Positions 17,665 through 27,200 of a stretch of 64,000 nucleotides of DNA are shown here, in pieces (position 1 is the stretch's first letter; every line of letters starts with the position of its first letter). A program made the translations under genes and the position numbers. The notes beneath the pieces are model-generated. The model saw only the letters and a program-made list of their open reading frames with translations. It searched no databases and had not been told where the DNA came from. The stretch is from NCBI GenBank assembly GCA_003193925.1, contig PSPG01000001.1, positions 96,001 through 160,000 on the forward strand, written 5' to 3'. Source of the stretch: Candidatus Thalassarchaeum betae. Lineage in GTDB: Archaea > Thermoplasmatota > Poseidoniia > Poseidoniales > Thalassarchaeaceae.

Positions 17665-19767
17665 ATGGAGCCGCTGGGTGACGTAACTGACTCGGGAAAC
17701 CTAGATCCAGTCGGACTGGGCTTCATGTGCGGGCTTGAGATACACCAGCAACTGGCTACGGGAAAGCTGCATTCCAGAATGCCCAGCAAGCTCTTCGACC
17801 ACAGCATCGATGAGGTCCCAGATGACTGGTCGCGTTCGAATCGGCGCCTCAGGGCCTCCGAGGGCGAGGCTGGACAGATCGATGTAGCCGCCCGCTTCGA
17901 GCAGCGCCGAAACCGCTCCTTCGTCTACGTCCAGCCGCCCAACGCCGGGCTGATCGAGTTGGACGAGGCCCCTCCGCTCGAGCACGATCCCGAAGCGGTC
18001 GACGTCGTTCTGACCATGGCCGCGATGATGGAAGCCAAACCGGTCCCTGCGCTTCAGGCGATGCGCAAGACCGTGGTCGACGGCTCCAACACCAGCGGAT
18101 TCCAGCGAACCACCCTTATCGCGACTGATGGCAGCGTAGTGACCCCAACAGGAGAGGTGGGCGTCGATGTGATATGCCTGGAGGAGGATTCTGCGAGGAG
18201 GCTCGACACCCAGTCTTCCTCATCTGGAGAGACCGTGGTTTACACCCTCGACAGGTTGGGGATGCCGCTGGTGGAAGTCGCAACCGCTCCAGATGTCCAG
18301 ACTCCGGAGCATGCCAAGGAGACCGCTCTCACTCTCGGAACTCTGCTGAGGGACACACGCAGGGTCAGAAGGGGTCTCGGCTCGATCCGCCAGGACCTCA
18401 ACGTGAGCATCGCCTGCGGAGACAGGGTAGAGATCAAGGGATGTCAGGATCTCGACTGGATACCACGGATAATCAGCCTCGAGATGGCTAGGCAACTGCA
18501 CATGTACCGACTCGCCAACCAACTGCGCGACGAGGCAGCCCTTCCGCCTCTGCCCCCGAACAGGGACGATGACGAGGTCCCAGTGGAGAATCGGGTGGCA
18601 GCGGCGGCAACCTCTCGTCTGCCTCTGGAGATTCACGACCTCTCGGACTTGTTCGCGAACTGCGAATCAGACGTGGTCCGGCGCTCTCTGGGTGACGGCT
18701 CGGTCATGCAGGGAGTGGCTCTAGCCGGCTTCGCCGGAAAGTTGGGCAGAATGGAAACCGACTCCGAAGGCGCCCAACTACCCCGGCTCGGCAGGGAGCT
18801 GGCAAGCGCGGCCAAGTTGGCCGGGGTCGCGGGGATCTTCCATTCTGACGAGTTGCCCGCCTACGGAATCACTGAGCCCGAGGTAGGCGCAGTGCGTGAC
18901 TCCCTGTCACTCGACGACTCGGATGCGTTCGTCCTGTGCGTTGCGCCGGCATGGCAGTCAGAACTCGCCTTGGAGTCAGCCATCCAGCGCGCGAGGCGAG
19001 CCTATCATCGGATACCTCGCGAGGTCCGCAACGTGGTCATCCGCAGGGGCCAGCCGGAGGACGGCACCACAACCGCGATGCGCCCCCTACCTGGTGGAGC
19101 CCGAATGTACCCAGAGACCGACATTCCTGTGCTGGAGATTACTTTGGAGCACTGGGACGGCATCCGAGAGAACCTCCCTCTCAACGGCGAGCAGAGGAGA
19201 GCGCGACTGCACAAGCACGACCTCTCTGACAACCAGGTGGAGGCGATTCTGGGTGCCGAGTTGGACGACGTCCTGATTACAGCAGTCGAAGGAGGTCCTT
19301 GCGGCTGTCCGCCCCTGCCAGCCAAGGCATGGGCATCGACTCTCTTGGAAAATGCGCGTGCGGGAGTCGCCGAAGGCACCGATCGCTCCGAGGACGAAGT
19401 CCCGTGGCCAGTCCTAACCCTAGCTGTGCACGCGCGCGAGGAGGACATCATCACCCGCGAGGGCTTGATCCCACTAGCACGCAAACTCTGGCTGGAGGGC
19501 CCCTCATTCACCGACACCGAATTCGATCAGCGACTCGAGTGGTTCGCCGCCCAGGCCGAGGAAGCCGGGTTCACCCCCGCCGACACAGGGGCCGTCGAGC
19601 TGGCTGTCGACGAAGCCATTGCAGAGAGCATGGACATGATCAAGGAACGAGGAATGAGTGCAATGGGACCATTGATGGGCTTCGTGATGCAGAAACTAGG
19701 GGGCTCAGCAGACGGCAAGACGGTGAGCGAAATCCTGCGTAGGAAGATATCCGAGTTGGATGGCTAG
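17665..19767 (+). CDS. gatE: Glu-tRNA(Gln) amidotransferase subunit E
   Basis: CGLEIHQQL, MRKTVVDGSNTSGFQRT, CLEED, RGLGSIRQDLNVSI, RPLPGGARMYPETD. ATG 17665 preferred over TTG 17623. Confidence 0.96.
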   Translation: MEPLGDVTDSGNLDPVGLGFMCGLEIHQQLATGKLHSRMPSKLFDHSIDEVPDDWSRSNRRLRASEGEAGQIDVAARFEQRRNRSFVYVQPPNAGLIELDEAPPLEHDPEAVDVVLTMAAMMEAKPVPALQAMRKTVVDGSNTSGFQRTTLIATDGSVVTPTGEVGVDVICLEEDSARRLDTQSSSSGETVVYTLDRLGMPLVEVATAPDVQTPEHAKETALTLGTLLRDTRRVRRGLGSIRQDLNVSIACGDRVEIKGCQDLDWIPRIISLEMARQLHMYRLANQLRDEAALPPLPPNRDDDEVPVENRVAAAATSRLPLEIHDLSDLFANCESDVVRRSLGDGSVMQGVALAGFAGKLGRMETDSEGAQLPRLGRELASAAKLAGVAGIFHSDELPAYGITEPEVGAVRDSLSLDDSDAFVLCVAPAWQSELALESAIQRARRAYHRIPREVRNVVIRRGQPEDGTTTAMRPLPGGARMYPETDIPVLEITLEHWDGIRENLPLNGEQRRARLHKHDLSDNQVEAILGAELDDVLITAVEGGPCGCPPLPAKAWASTLLENARAGVAEGTDRSEDEVPWPVLTLAVHAREEDIITREGLIPLARKLWLEGPSFTDTEFDQRLEWFAAQAEEAGFTPADTGAVELAVDEAIAESMDMIKERGMSAMGPLMGFVMQKLGGSADGKTVSEILRRKISELDG

Positions 19768-19804
19768 GATTGTTCAATAACTTGTTTTACCGACCCGAAA
19801 CTCC

Positions 19805-20425
19805 GTGTCCGAACTAATCGGTCTGGCAGTTCTGCTCATCCTTCTATCTCTGGTCGTAGCCTCCTCCTCCGAGGAGGAGAACAGGCTCAAGGCGCTGTCA
19901 GTCGCATGGGTGGTCTTCTTGCTTCTGACATTCTCTACCATAGCCACCGAGTGGGCTAGGATGACCGCAGTGCTAGTCAATCAGGAGGATGACCCGCACT
20001 ACGGCCTGCCCGACCTCTGGGATGGTAAGCAGGTCGTCTGCCTCCACTTCTCGGGGGGCAACGTGCCCGCAGGTTTCGATGACGGGCGTCATCACATCGA
20101 CTACGACGGCACGGATTTCATGACCGACGTCGAATGGAACGAGACCGGGGCCTGCATCGGGGGCTTCTCTGGATTCGAGAACGGATGGGACCTGCTCGAT
20201 GCGGCGATCAACGCGACCGGCGATGACTTCGCCGTCACCACGACGTCCTACTCATTCGGGTTGATGATCGACTCCATCGCAGGTGTGGATCCGAGCACGA
20301 TGGCGGGCGAGTTCAACGGCGCCTATTGGTCACTGTATCACAACGGGGCGTTGTCTATGGTTGGGATAGCCGATCTCGAATTGGACCCAGACAGCGTCGT
20401 GACATGGCGTGTGGACACTTGGTGA
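19805..20425 (+). CDS. Membrane-anchored DUF4430 (transcobalamin beta-domain-like) protein
   Basis: Two N-terminal hydrophobic helices. C-terminal FGLMIDSIAGV...YWSLYHNG..SMVGIADLEL..VVTW matches the DUF4430 pattern. Confidence 0.72.
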   Translation: MSELIGLAVLLILLSLVVASSSEEENRLKALSVAWVVFLLLTFSTIATEWARMTAVLVNQEDDPHYGLPDLWDGKQVVCLHFSGGNVPAGFDDGRHHIDYDGTDFMTDVEWNETGACIGGFSGFENGWDLLDAAINATGDDFAVTTTSYSFGLMIDSIAGVDPSTMAGEFNGAYWSLYHNGALSMVGIADLELDPDSVVTWRVDTW

Positions 20426-20472
20426 AACCAAACCATCAAGTGCAAGGCAACTCCACTGAGTAAGGGGCGCAT

Positions 20473-21129
20473 ATGTTCGATGCACACGCGGTGGCACTGG
20501 GACCCCATGGCATGCTCGCTGTCAACGTCGCAATGCTCTCGATCATCGGCTGGGCGCTGTGGAGGGCGGAGCAGAAACTCTCCTTCGGTAGCGATTGGAT
20601 CGCACTCTCCATGCTGGGCGTATTCGCCATCGCCGGACGCGTGCTGCTCGACCCCATACCGAACGTCCAGCCCGTGACAGTAATCGTCCTGCTGGTAGGA
20701 ATCCACTTCGGTGCGACCCGCTCGATCGCCCTGGCGACCGCCGTCGCGCTGGGCTCCAATCTGATTATGGGTCACGGACTGTGGTCCTTCTACCAAGCAA
20801 TAGGATGGTCTGCCGTCGGAATCGCAGGAGCTCTGCTAGCGGACCGACTCTATGTGGACGGACGCCTCGCTCTGCCTGCTCTTGCCGGGGTCGCTGCCAT
20901 CTCTGCCTTCGCCTTCGACTGGATAGTCTCCCTCAGTGCTCTCCACTCTCTGAGCGCAGACGTGTTCCTAGTGTACCTGATGGCCGGTATCCCGTACGAT
21001 CTCCTGCACGCCGTTGGCAATGTGGCCTTCGTCGCTTGGCTCGCGAACTCGCTCAGCGACATCATGACCAGGCACGTTGCAATCCCGGCCGCAATGGCGG
21101 TGAACGACGTTGCCACGAACCGAGTCTGA
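20473..21129 (+). CDS. ECF transporter S component (CbrT-like, putative cobalamin)
   Basis: About six TM helices. GRVLL.PIPNVQPVT, SNLIMGHGLWSFYQAIGW and GIPYDLLHAVGN. Confidence 0.8.
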   Translation: MFDAHAVALGPHGMLAVNVAMLSIIGWALWRAEQKLSFGSDWIALSMLGVFAIAGRVLLDPIPNVQPVTVIVLLVGIHFGATRSIALATAVALGSNLIMGHGLWSFYQAIGWSAVGIAGALLADRLYVDGRLALPALAGVAAISAFAFDWIVSLSALHSLSADVFLVYLMAGIPYDLLHAVGNVAFVAWLANSLSDIMTRHVAIPAAMAVNDVATNRV

Positions 21130-21481
21130 GATCACGATGGTATTGGTCACGCGCAGTGACCTTGAGCTCTCGAGAGGCAAACTGGCGGCTCAATGCGGCC
21201 ACGCCGTAGCGGAATGCGTGCTCAAGGCCAAGCGCGAGGCGCCACGGATGCTCAAGCGCTACATGAGGGAGGGAGCGAGGAAAGTCGTCTGCACCGCTCC
21301 GAACCTCGAAGCCCTCAGGAGGTTGTTCGGTGATGCCAGAGTGTGTGGCTTGGTCTGCTACATGGTGACGGATGCAGGCCACACTGAGATTCCTGCTGGC
21401 ACAGTCACCGTCGTGGGGATAGGCCCTGGGCCGCGCTCTGAAATCGACGCCTTGACGAGCAGCCTTCCGCTAGTCAAGTGA
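21110..21481 (+). CDS. pth2: Peptidyl-tRNA hydrolase Pth2
   Basis: RSDL..SRGKLAAQCGHA, KVV, DAGHTEIPAGTVTVVGIGP. Confidence 0.95.
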   Translation: MPRTESEITMVLVTRSDLELSRGKLAAQCGHAVAECVLKAKREAPRMLKRYMREGARKVVCTAPNLEALRRLFGDARVCGLVCYMVTDAGHTEIPAGTVTVVGIGPGPRSEIDALTSSLPLVK

Positions 21482-21564
21482 GAAACGAGAGAAAACCCAC
21501 CGTGAGCGAACGCTCTAGACGGTGGGTAATGCGGCTGGACTGGGAGGCGCTTGCCCCCCAGTCC
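21482..21564 (-). terminator. Double hairpin plus pyrimidine tract in the 3' UTR of the MIP-like gene
   Basis: Minus strand: GGACTGGGGGGC/AAGC/GCCTCCCAGTCC, then ACCCACCGT..GAGC/GTTC/GCTC-ACGGTGGGT, then TTTCTCTCGTTTCT. Confidence 0.65.
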
Positions 21565-21604
21565 GCCTTACGTAATTCTGCCATTCCAGTTTCCCAGAAT
21601 GATA

Positions 21605-22162
21605 TCAGGCCATCTCTGCGATCTTGACCGAAGCCAAGGCGCCGACACCGACCAACACTCCGTCAACAAGCCAGTTGCTGACGGATGCTCCGATGTCCCC
21701 GCCGCTACCAACGAGGGCACCAGCCATGTCGGATGATCCCCCGACCATGGTACCTAGCGCCAGTACGACGAAGGCGGTGACCCATGCGTCACAGCGGTCA
21801 TAGACGGTCCACAGCAGTGCACCACCGGCAATCATGCCAAGCGCGCCCCACATGTCGAAGGACCACATGTCTGCGGCCACGACATCACCTACGTCACCAG
21901 AGTTCACCAGCATCAGTGCGAGCACTGCGCCGATAACCTGGCTGACAAGGCGTGTGCCGTTGTCCATCCAACCGTCCGAGTCACTTAGGTCGCCAGTCAT
22001 TATGTGGCCCCAAGTGATCATCGGCAGTATGTGGGCGCCGCTAATAGCCATCCAAGCCGCAGCTAGGACTAGGGCTCCCCCAAGGTCACCCACGCCACCT
22101 GCGAGCCAGGCAACCATGAAGGCCCCGCCCATTTCGTTCATCATTGTCTCTGTATTCATCAT
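21605..22162 (-). CDS. Divergent MIP/aquaporin-like membrane protein without NPA motifs
   Basis: EMGGAF (MIP ExxGTF), ISGAHILPMIT (ISGxHxNPAVT) and SQVIGAVLA (AQxxGA). Strong SD upstream. Confidence 0.65.
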   Translation of the reverse strand: MMNTETMMNEMGGAFMVAWLAGGVGDLGGALVLAAAWMAISGAHILPMITWGHIMTGDLSDSDGWMDNGTRLVSQVIGAVLALMLVNSGDVGDVVAADMWSFDMWGALGMIAGGALLWTVYDRCDAWVTAFVVLALGTMVGGSSDMAGALVGSGGDIGASVSNWLVDGVLVGVGALASVKIAEMA

Positions 22163-22166
22163 TTTT

Positions 22167-22214
22167 TCCTCCTCACCTCAGTGAGTGGTTGCCGGCTTTC
22201 ATGGCGATTTATAA
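22167..22214 (-). promoter_or_regulatory. TATA box and Shine-Dalgarno of the MIP-like gene
   Basis: TTATAAAT at 22214-22207 and GAGGTGAGGAGGA just upstream of ATG 22162. Confidence 0.6.
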
Positions 22215-22417
22215 TAGAATCCTACGAAATCCGGAAACCAACCCCCCCTTGAGGGTTTTTTCCGAATGCCGGTGTTCCCAACAACACCTGATTTTCTCCG
22301 CCACACCAGGTGTCTTTCACCACTTCGGTGCTATGCACCGGGCACGACTCCCCGCGATCCTGAATCAGGATTCCTGCTCAGTAATCGTCATGAGGGACCC
22401 GCCACCCTGACGGGACA

Positions 22418-22942
22418 ATGGTCACTCAGGTAGCACTCGAACCTGAGGCTCGAAACGAACTCCTCTCGGAGTGCTCAGGCCTTTCAGGCCTGGTGGAGTG
22501 GCTGGATTCCATCGACAGGAGACCCGGCCTCGATGAGTTGGACCAGCGCCTCAGATCGACCCAAGTCAACCTCCCAGCACTCAAGGAATGCATCGGCTAC
22601 GCCGATGTCGGCTACCAGAGGAACGTAATCAAGAGGTCCGAGTTCTACGAACTCGTCGTCATCTGCTGGATTCCGGGCCAAGAGACCCCCATCCACGACC
22701 ACGTCGGCAGCGACTGTGCCTTCCTCATCGTCGACGGGGTCTCGACGGAGACGATCTACGAGACCAACGAAGAGGGCCTAGCACACCCGATAACCGTCAA
22801 GCGTTATCAGCCCGGAGATGTATGTGCGGCTGAGGAGCCGGACATCCACAGGGTCTCGAACGACACCGACTCCGAACTGGTCAACTTGCACATCTACTCG
22901 CCGCCGCTGTCCGCGTACAACATCTACGCCCCTGCAGAGTAG
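22418..22942 (+). CDS. Cysteine dioxygenase-family cupin
   Basis: YQRN, W.PGQETPIHDH..SDC, IHRV and LHIYSPP. Confidence 0.88.
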   Translation: MVTQVALEPEARNELLSECSGLSGLVEWLDSIDRRPGLDELDQRLRSTQVNLPALKECIGYADVGYQRNVIKRSEFYELVVICWIPGQETPIHDHVGSDCAFLIVDGVSTETIYETNEEGLAHPITVKRYQPGDVCAAEEPDIHRVSNDTDSELVNLHIYSPPLSAYNIYAPAE

Positions 22943-24190
22943 TCAGCATTCTACCCCGTGCTCCCTGAACAGCTCCTCGAGGCGAGTCAGCCCAAGGTCC
23001 ACGTTGTCGTACGGGGGTCCGAAGGAGAACCGCACCCACTGGCGGAACGGGCTCTCACCGCTTCTCTCACCTCCCGGATTGACGTCGAAGAACTCGCCGG
23101 GCACCGTCATCACCTGCCTGTCGAGGGCGGCCCAGAACAGCCCCATCCCGTCGTTGAGCGGCTCGGGCAGGTCCTCGACACATGCCCAGACGTAGAACGT
23201 CGCTGCCCCCGGCAGGCACCTCATCCCCATCTTGGTCAACCGCTCGACCATCATGTTCCGCTTCTTGACGAAGGCCACCCGCAGAGCACTCGTCTCCTGC
23301 TCGGCGTAGGCTGGCTCGAGCGCTCTGAGAGCCATGCGCTGCACGATGCGGCTGGGCCCGCCGTCGATGGCACTGGCGGCACGGCCGAGGGTCTCGACTA
23401 TCTCCGGTGGGCCGAGCACCCACCCCATCCTCCAGCCGGGGTAGCGGAACGACTTGGTCAGACCGTCGATGACGAGTACCGGGTCGATATCCGGGTCCTC
23501 CACGAATTGGGCGGAGGAGACAGGACCGCGTCCGGGATGGTCACCCTCGTAGATGAAGTGCGAGTAGAACTCGTCCATGATCAGGGTGCAGCCCTCGCGG
23601 CGGGCGGTCTCGCAGTAGGAGGCGAGTTCGTCGCCTTGGATGACGTGGCCGGTCGGGTTGCACGGGTTGGAGATGAGGAAGGAGTCGAGCCTCTTCGCAG
23701 CCTCAGCGAACTCGGCGGCAGGGATAGAGAAGTTGTTCTCCTCCGCTGTCGGGATGAGGACCGGCTCCAGCCTCGAGGCGGCGTAGTCCATCATGTCCTG
23801 ATAGGCGGTGTAGTCTGGGACCTGGTAGCCCATCCTGCCCTGCACCGACCCGAACACCCGGCTGAGCATCACCCGGCCGCCCTGTGAGATGCCGACGTTG
23901 GCAGCGGTGTACGGCTTCTTGCCGCGGCGGTAGTAGCGGTTGTAGTGATCGGCTACCGCCTGGCGCATCTCATCGGTTCCGTTGATCGGACCGTAGGCCT
24001 GGTCCTCGGGCTCGATGACCACGGAGCGCAGACGGTCTGGAGCACCCTCCATCTCGCCGATCTCCGGTTGGCCCTGACCGAGGTTGCACCAGTCCGGGTT
24101 GCCGTTCCAGAAGCCGCGCTTGTGGGCCTCGGCGACGACCCAGATGACACCCATGTAAGGGACCTCGCGGAACGCTCCATCCCCCGCCAT
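22943..24190 (-). CDS. PLP-dependent class I/II aminotransferase
   Basis: NLGQGQP, SNPCNPTG, DEFYS, GLTKSFRYPGWRMGW and VRFSF. Start set at ATG 24190. Confidence 0.9.
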   Translation of the reverse strand: MAGDGAFREVPYMGVIWVVAEAHKRGFWNGNPDWCNLGQGQPEIGEMEGAPDRLRSVVIEPEDQAYGPINGTDEMRQAVADHYNRYYRRGKKPYTAANVGISQGGRVMLSRVFGSVQGRMGYQVPDYTAYQDMMDYAASRLEPVLIPTAEENNFSIPAAEFAEAAKRLDSFLISNPCNPTGHVIQGDELASYCETARREGCTLIMDEFYSHFIYEGDHPGRGPVSSAQFVEDPDIDPVLVIDGLTKSFRYPGWRMGWVLGPPEIVETLGRAASAIDGGPSRIVQRMALRALEPAYAEQETSALRVAFVKKRNMMVERLTKMGMRCLPGAATFYVWACVEDLPEPLNDGMGLFWAALDRQVMTVPGEFFDVNPGGERSGESPFRQWVRFSFGPPYDNVDLGLTRLEELFREHGVEC

Positions 24191-24297
24191 GGCTCTCCGT
24201 GACGCTGGGGACAAATGAGTTTGACTTCTCGGAGCACGCAGCGTGCTCCAAGGGTGCACGAACAATTGTTAAATCTCGACAGGGTAGTCAAGGTGCG

Positions 24298-27200
24298 ATG
24301 CGCCGACCCACCCGACCCTCAAACGCCCTCTCGATAACCCTAGTCGTTCTGCTACTGGGAATGTCGGCCTCGCTTGCCATTGACTCAGGTGACAGAGCCG
24401 AATTGGCCGTTGACAAGCCCGTCCTTGAGACCCATTCGAATCTGTACTTCCCCGGGTCTCAGGAAGGCTCGATTTATTCCGATTCGACACTAGCCGCGTC
24501 CTCTTTTCACACATGTGTAGTGATGGACGATAAAAAAATGAAATGTTGGGGGGACGGAGTCTCCGGGAAACTAGGAAACGGCTCCTCCCTAGACAAGTAT
24601 GTGCCAGAATACGTCGCATTGGGAGCAAATGGTGGGCCATCTCTAGCCACCGAGCATTTCTCTTACGGGCATTTCTCCCTGGCGCGTATGATTGATGGTT
24701 CAATCCAAGGCTGGGGTGAGAACGGCCAAAACAATATCGGGTGCGATACCACTACCTGCTGGTGGGGAGGAGGACAAAACTTGCCACTTCAAACGAAGAT
24801 GCCAGCCACAAGAACAGCCATACAGGTCTCACCTGGCTTACACCACTCTTGCGCTGTCATGGATGACCTGTCGGTGTGGTGCTGGGGGCAGAACAACTAC
24901 GGGCAGGTAGGAAACGGATACGCCCCTCAGGATGTGACTCAAGGACCGACCAACATCCCCATGCCCACAGGCCGCACCGCCATTGCACTAGCAGGTGGCT
25001 CCCAATACTCCTGCGCCGTCCTCGACGACGGTAGTGCGATGTGCTGGGGCAGTAATGACTACGGCCAACTAGGCACTGGAAATTACGTTGATGTGGACGA
25101 ACCGACAGCAGTCACAGCCGTCCCTTCAAACCGTACTATAGCCGCGATTTCAGCAGCACAGAAGACGACTTGCGCAATACTGGATGACGGCAGTTTGGTC
25201 TGCTGGGGGCGCGGCGAACTCGGCCAATTCGGAGATGGAACCTACACATCATCGTCAACCACCGCTAGGTATGTCTCTCTACCAGCGGGCCGAACTGCGA
25301 TTTCGATTACTACGGGAATGGAACACGTCTGTGCAGTCCTGGATGACCACAGCGCTTGGTGCTGGGGAAACAACTCCTATGGCCAAATCGGTGATGGGAC
25401 CACTACAAACCGACCCATGCCGACTAGTGTCTCCTTCCCAGCAGGTCTGACCGTATCCGTTATCACTACAGGCAGTACTCACACCTGTGCGATTGCATCC
25501 AACGCCTCGGTGTACTGCTGGGGATCGCACGAAGAAGGAGAGCTCGGTTTGGGTCAGCTTAGCACTGGCTATAGAAGAGATAGCGACATCCCTGCGTGGG
25601 TCAACCTGTCGGGTGGAGGGGCTGGACCTGGAGCCCATGCCTCCGTGGGTGAGAGGGACCCTGACCACGACGGCATCATCTCGATCTTTGATTCGACTCC
25701 ATGGCCTGCCGATTCGTGCCCTCCGGGCCAGTATCTGTGGGACCTCCATTGCGTTGACGCGTCTCCGGGTCACTACGTTCCTTACCATGGTATGACCGAG
25801 GAATTCCCTTGCCCCGAGGGGACCTTCAACCCCGATACCGGACAGAGTTCGTGCTACGATACTACCCCCGGTCACTACACAAATTCAACCGGCTCCAGCA
25901 CCCAGACCGACTGTCCGCCAGGTACCTACCAACCGGACTATGGACAAACCTCGTGTTTGGATGTCGATCGCGGCCATTACAGCAATGCAGGTTCAGCCTC
26001 TGGGATACTCTGTCCACCGTCAACCTACCAGCCCGACACCGGACAGCCATCCTGCTCGGATGCCGATCCAGGGCACTACGTCTCCGAGACTGGGCAATTC
26101 GACCAGATCCAATGCTCGCCCGGCACCTACCAGCCGGTGGCCGGTCAGACCAGCTGCTTCTCAGCATCGGAAGGGTACTACGCACCGGGCTTCGGCTCTG
26201 CGGAACAGTTGGTCTGTGAGCCCGGGGCATACTCCCCCTCCACCGGCCTGGACTCCTGTTACCCTGCAGATCCGGGCTACTATGTATACGAGGAACTGGC
26301 GACTGGCCAGACGCCCTGTCCAAAAGGGTCCCATCAGCCTACTCCGGCATCGATAGGGTGCTCGCTGGTCAATCCCGGGCACTACGCTCCAGCACCGGGA
26401 ACCGCATTCGAGATTCCCTGTCCCGCGGGAACCTACCAGCCCGATTCGGGCGCCGACCACTGCATCGACGCCGACATAGGCCACCACGCATCCGGCCCTG
26501 GCAATTTCGATCAATCCCCATGCGATCCGGGAACCTATGCATTCGAGGGTGGCACGGGTGACTGTCTGGCCGCAGACCCCGGGTATTACGTACCCGACTC
26601 AGGGGCGAGCAGCCAGACAGCCTGCGAAGTTGGAGAGCACCAACCGGACTCCGGTGCCCCCACATGCTTGGATAACGAGATCGGGCACTATACCGACCAG
26701 ACCGGGACTGCGGAGCAGATACCGTGCTCACCCGGTACTTACCAGTCTTCGATTGGCCAAACCGCCTGTATAGAAGCCGACTTCGGATTCCACGTACCCT
26801 ACTCAGGCTCTGCTGGGCAGATACCATGCTCGCCTAGTACCTACCAGTCCTCGACCGGTCAGGTGTCCTGCACCGACGCCGAGCCCGGCTATTTCGTCTC
26901 CGAGCACGAAGCCTCAGTGCCATCCGCCTGCGAGCGCGGAACCTATCAATCGGAGGGCGGCCAGACCGAATGCGTAGACGCCGATCCCGGATACTACGTC
27001 CCTTCCATGGGATCACCTTCCCAGACCCCATGTGAGAGGGGAACCTACCAGACTTCAGGTGGACAGCACGAATGCATTGAAGCTGGGCCGGGGTACTACG
27101 TTTCCACGAGTGCAGCACTGTCCCCTACGTCCTGCAGTCCAGGGACCTATCAGGACAGCACCGCCATGATGAGTTGCAAAGAGGCAGATGTGGATCACTA

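Noticed and set aside
20426-20472. Possible cobalamin riboswitch before the S component
   Set aside because: The spacer is only 47 nt with no B12-box. The gap upstream of the DUF4430 gene is also only 37 nt.
21277-21286. GAGGAAAGTC resembling the RNase P RNA P4 motif
   Set aside because: It lies inside pth2 coding sequence (ARKVV) and there is no matching 3' P4 strand.
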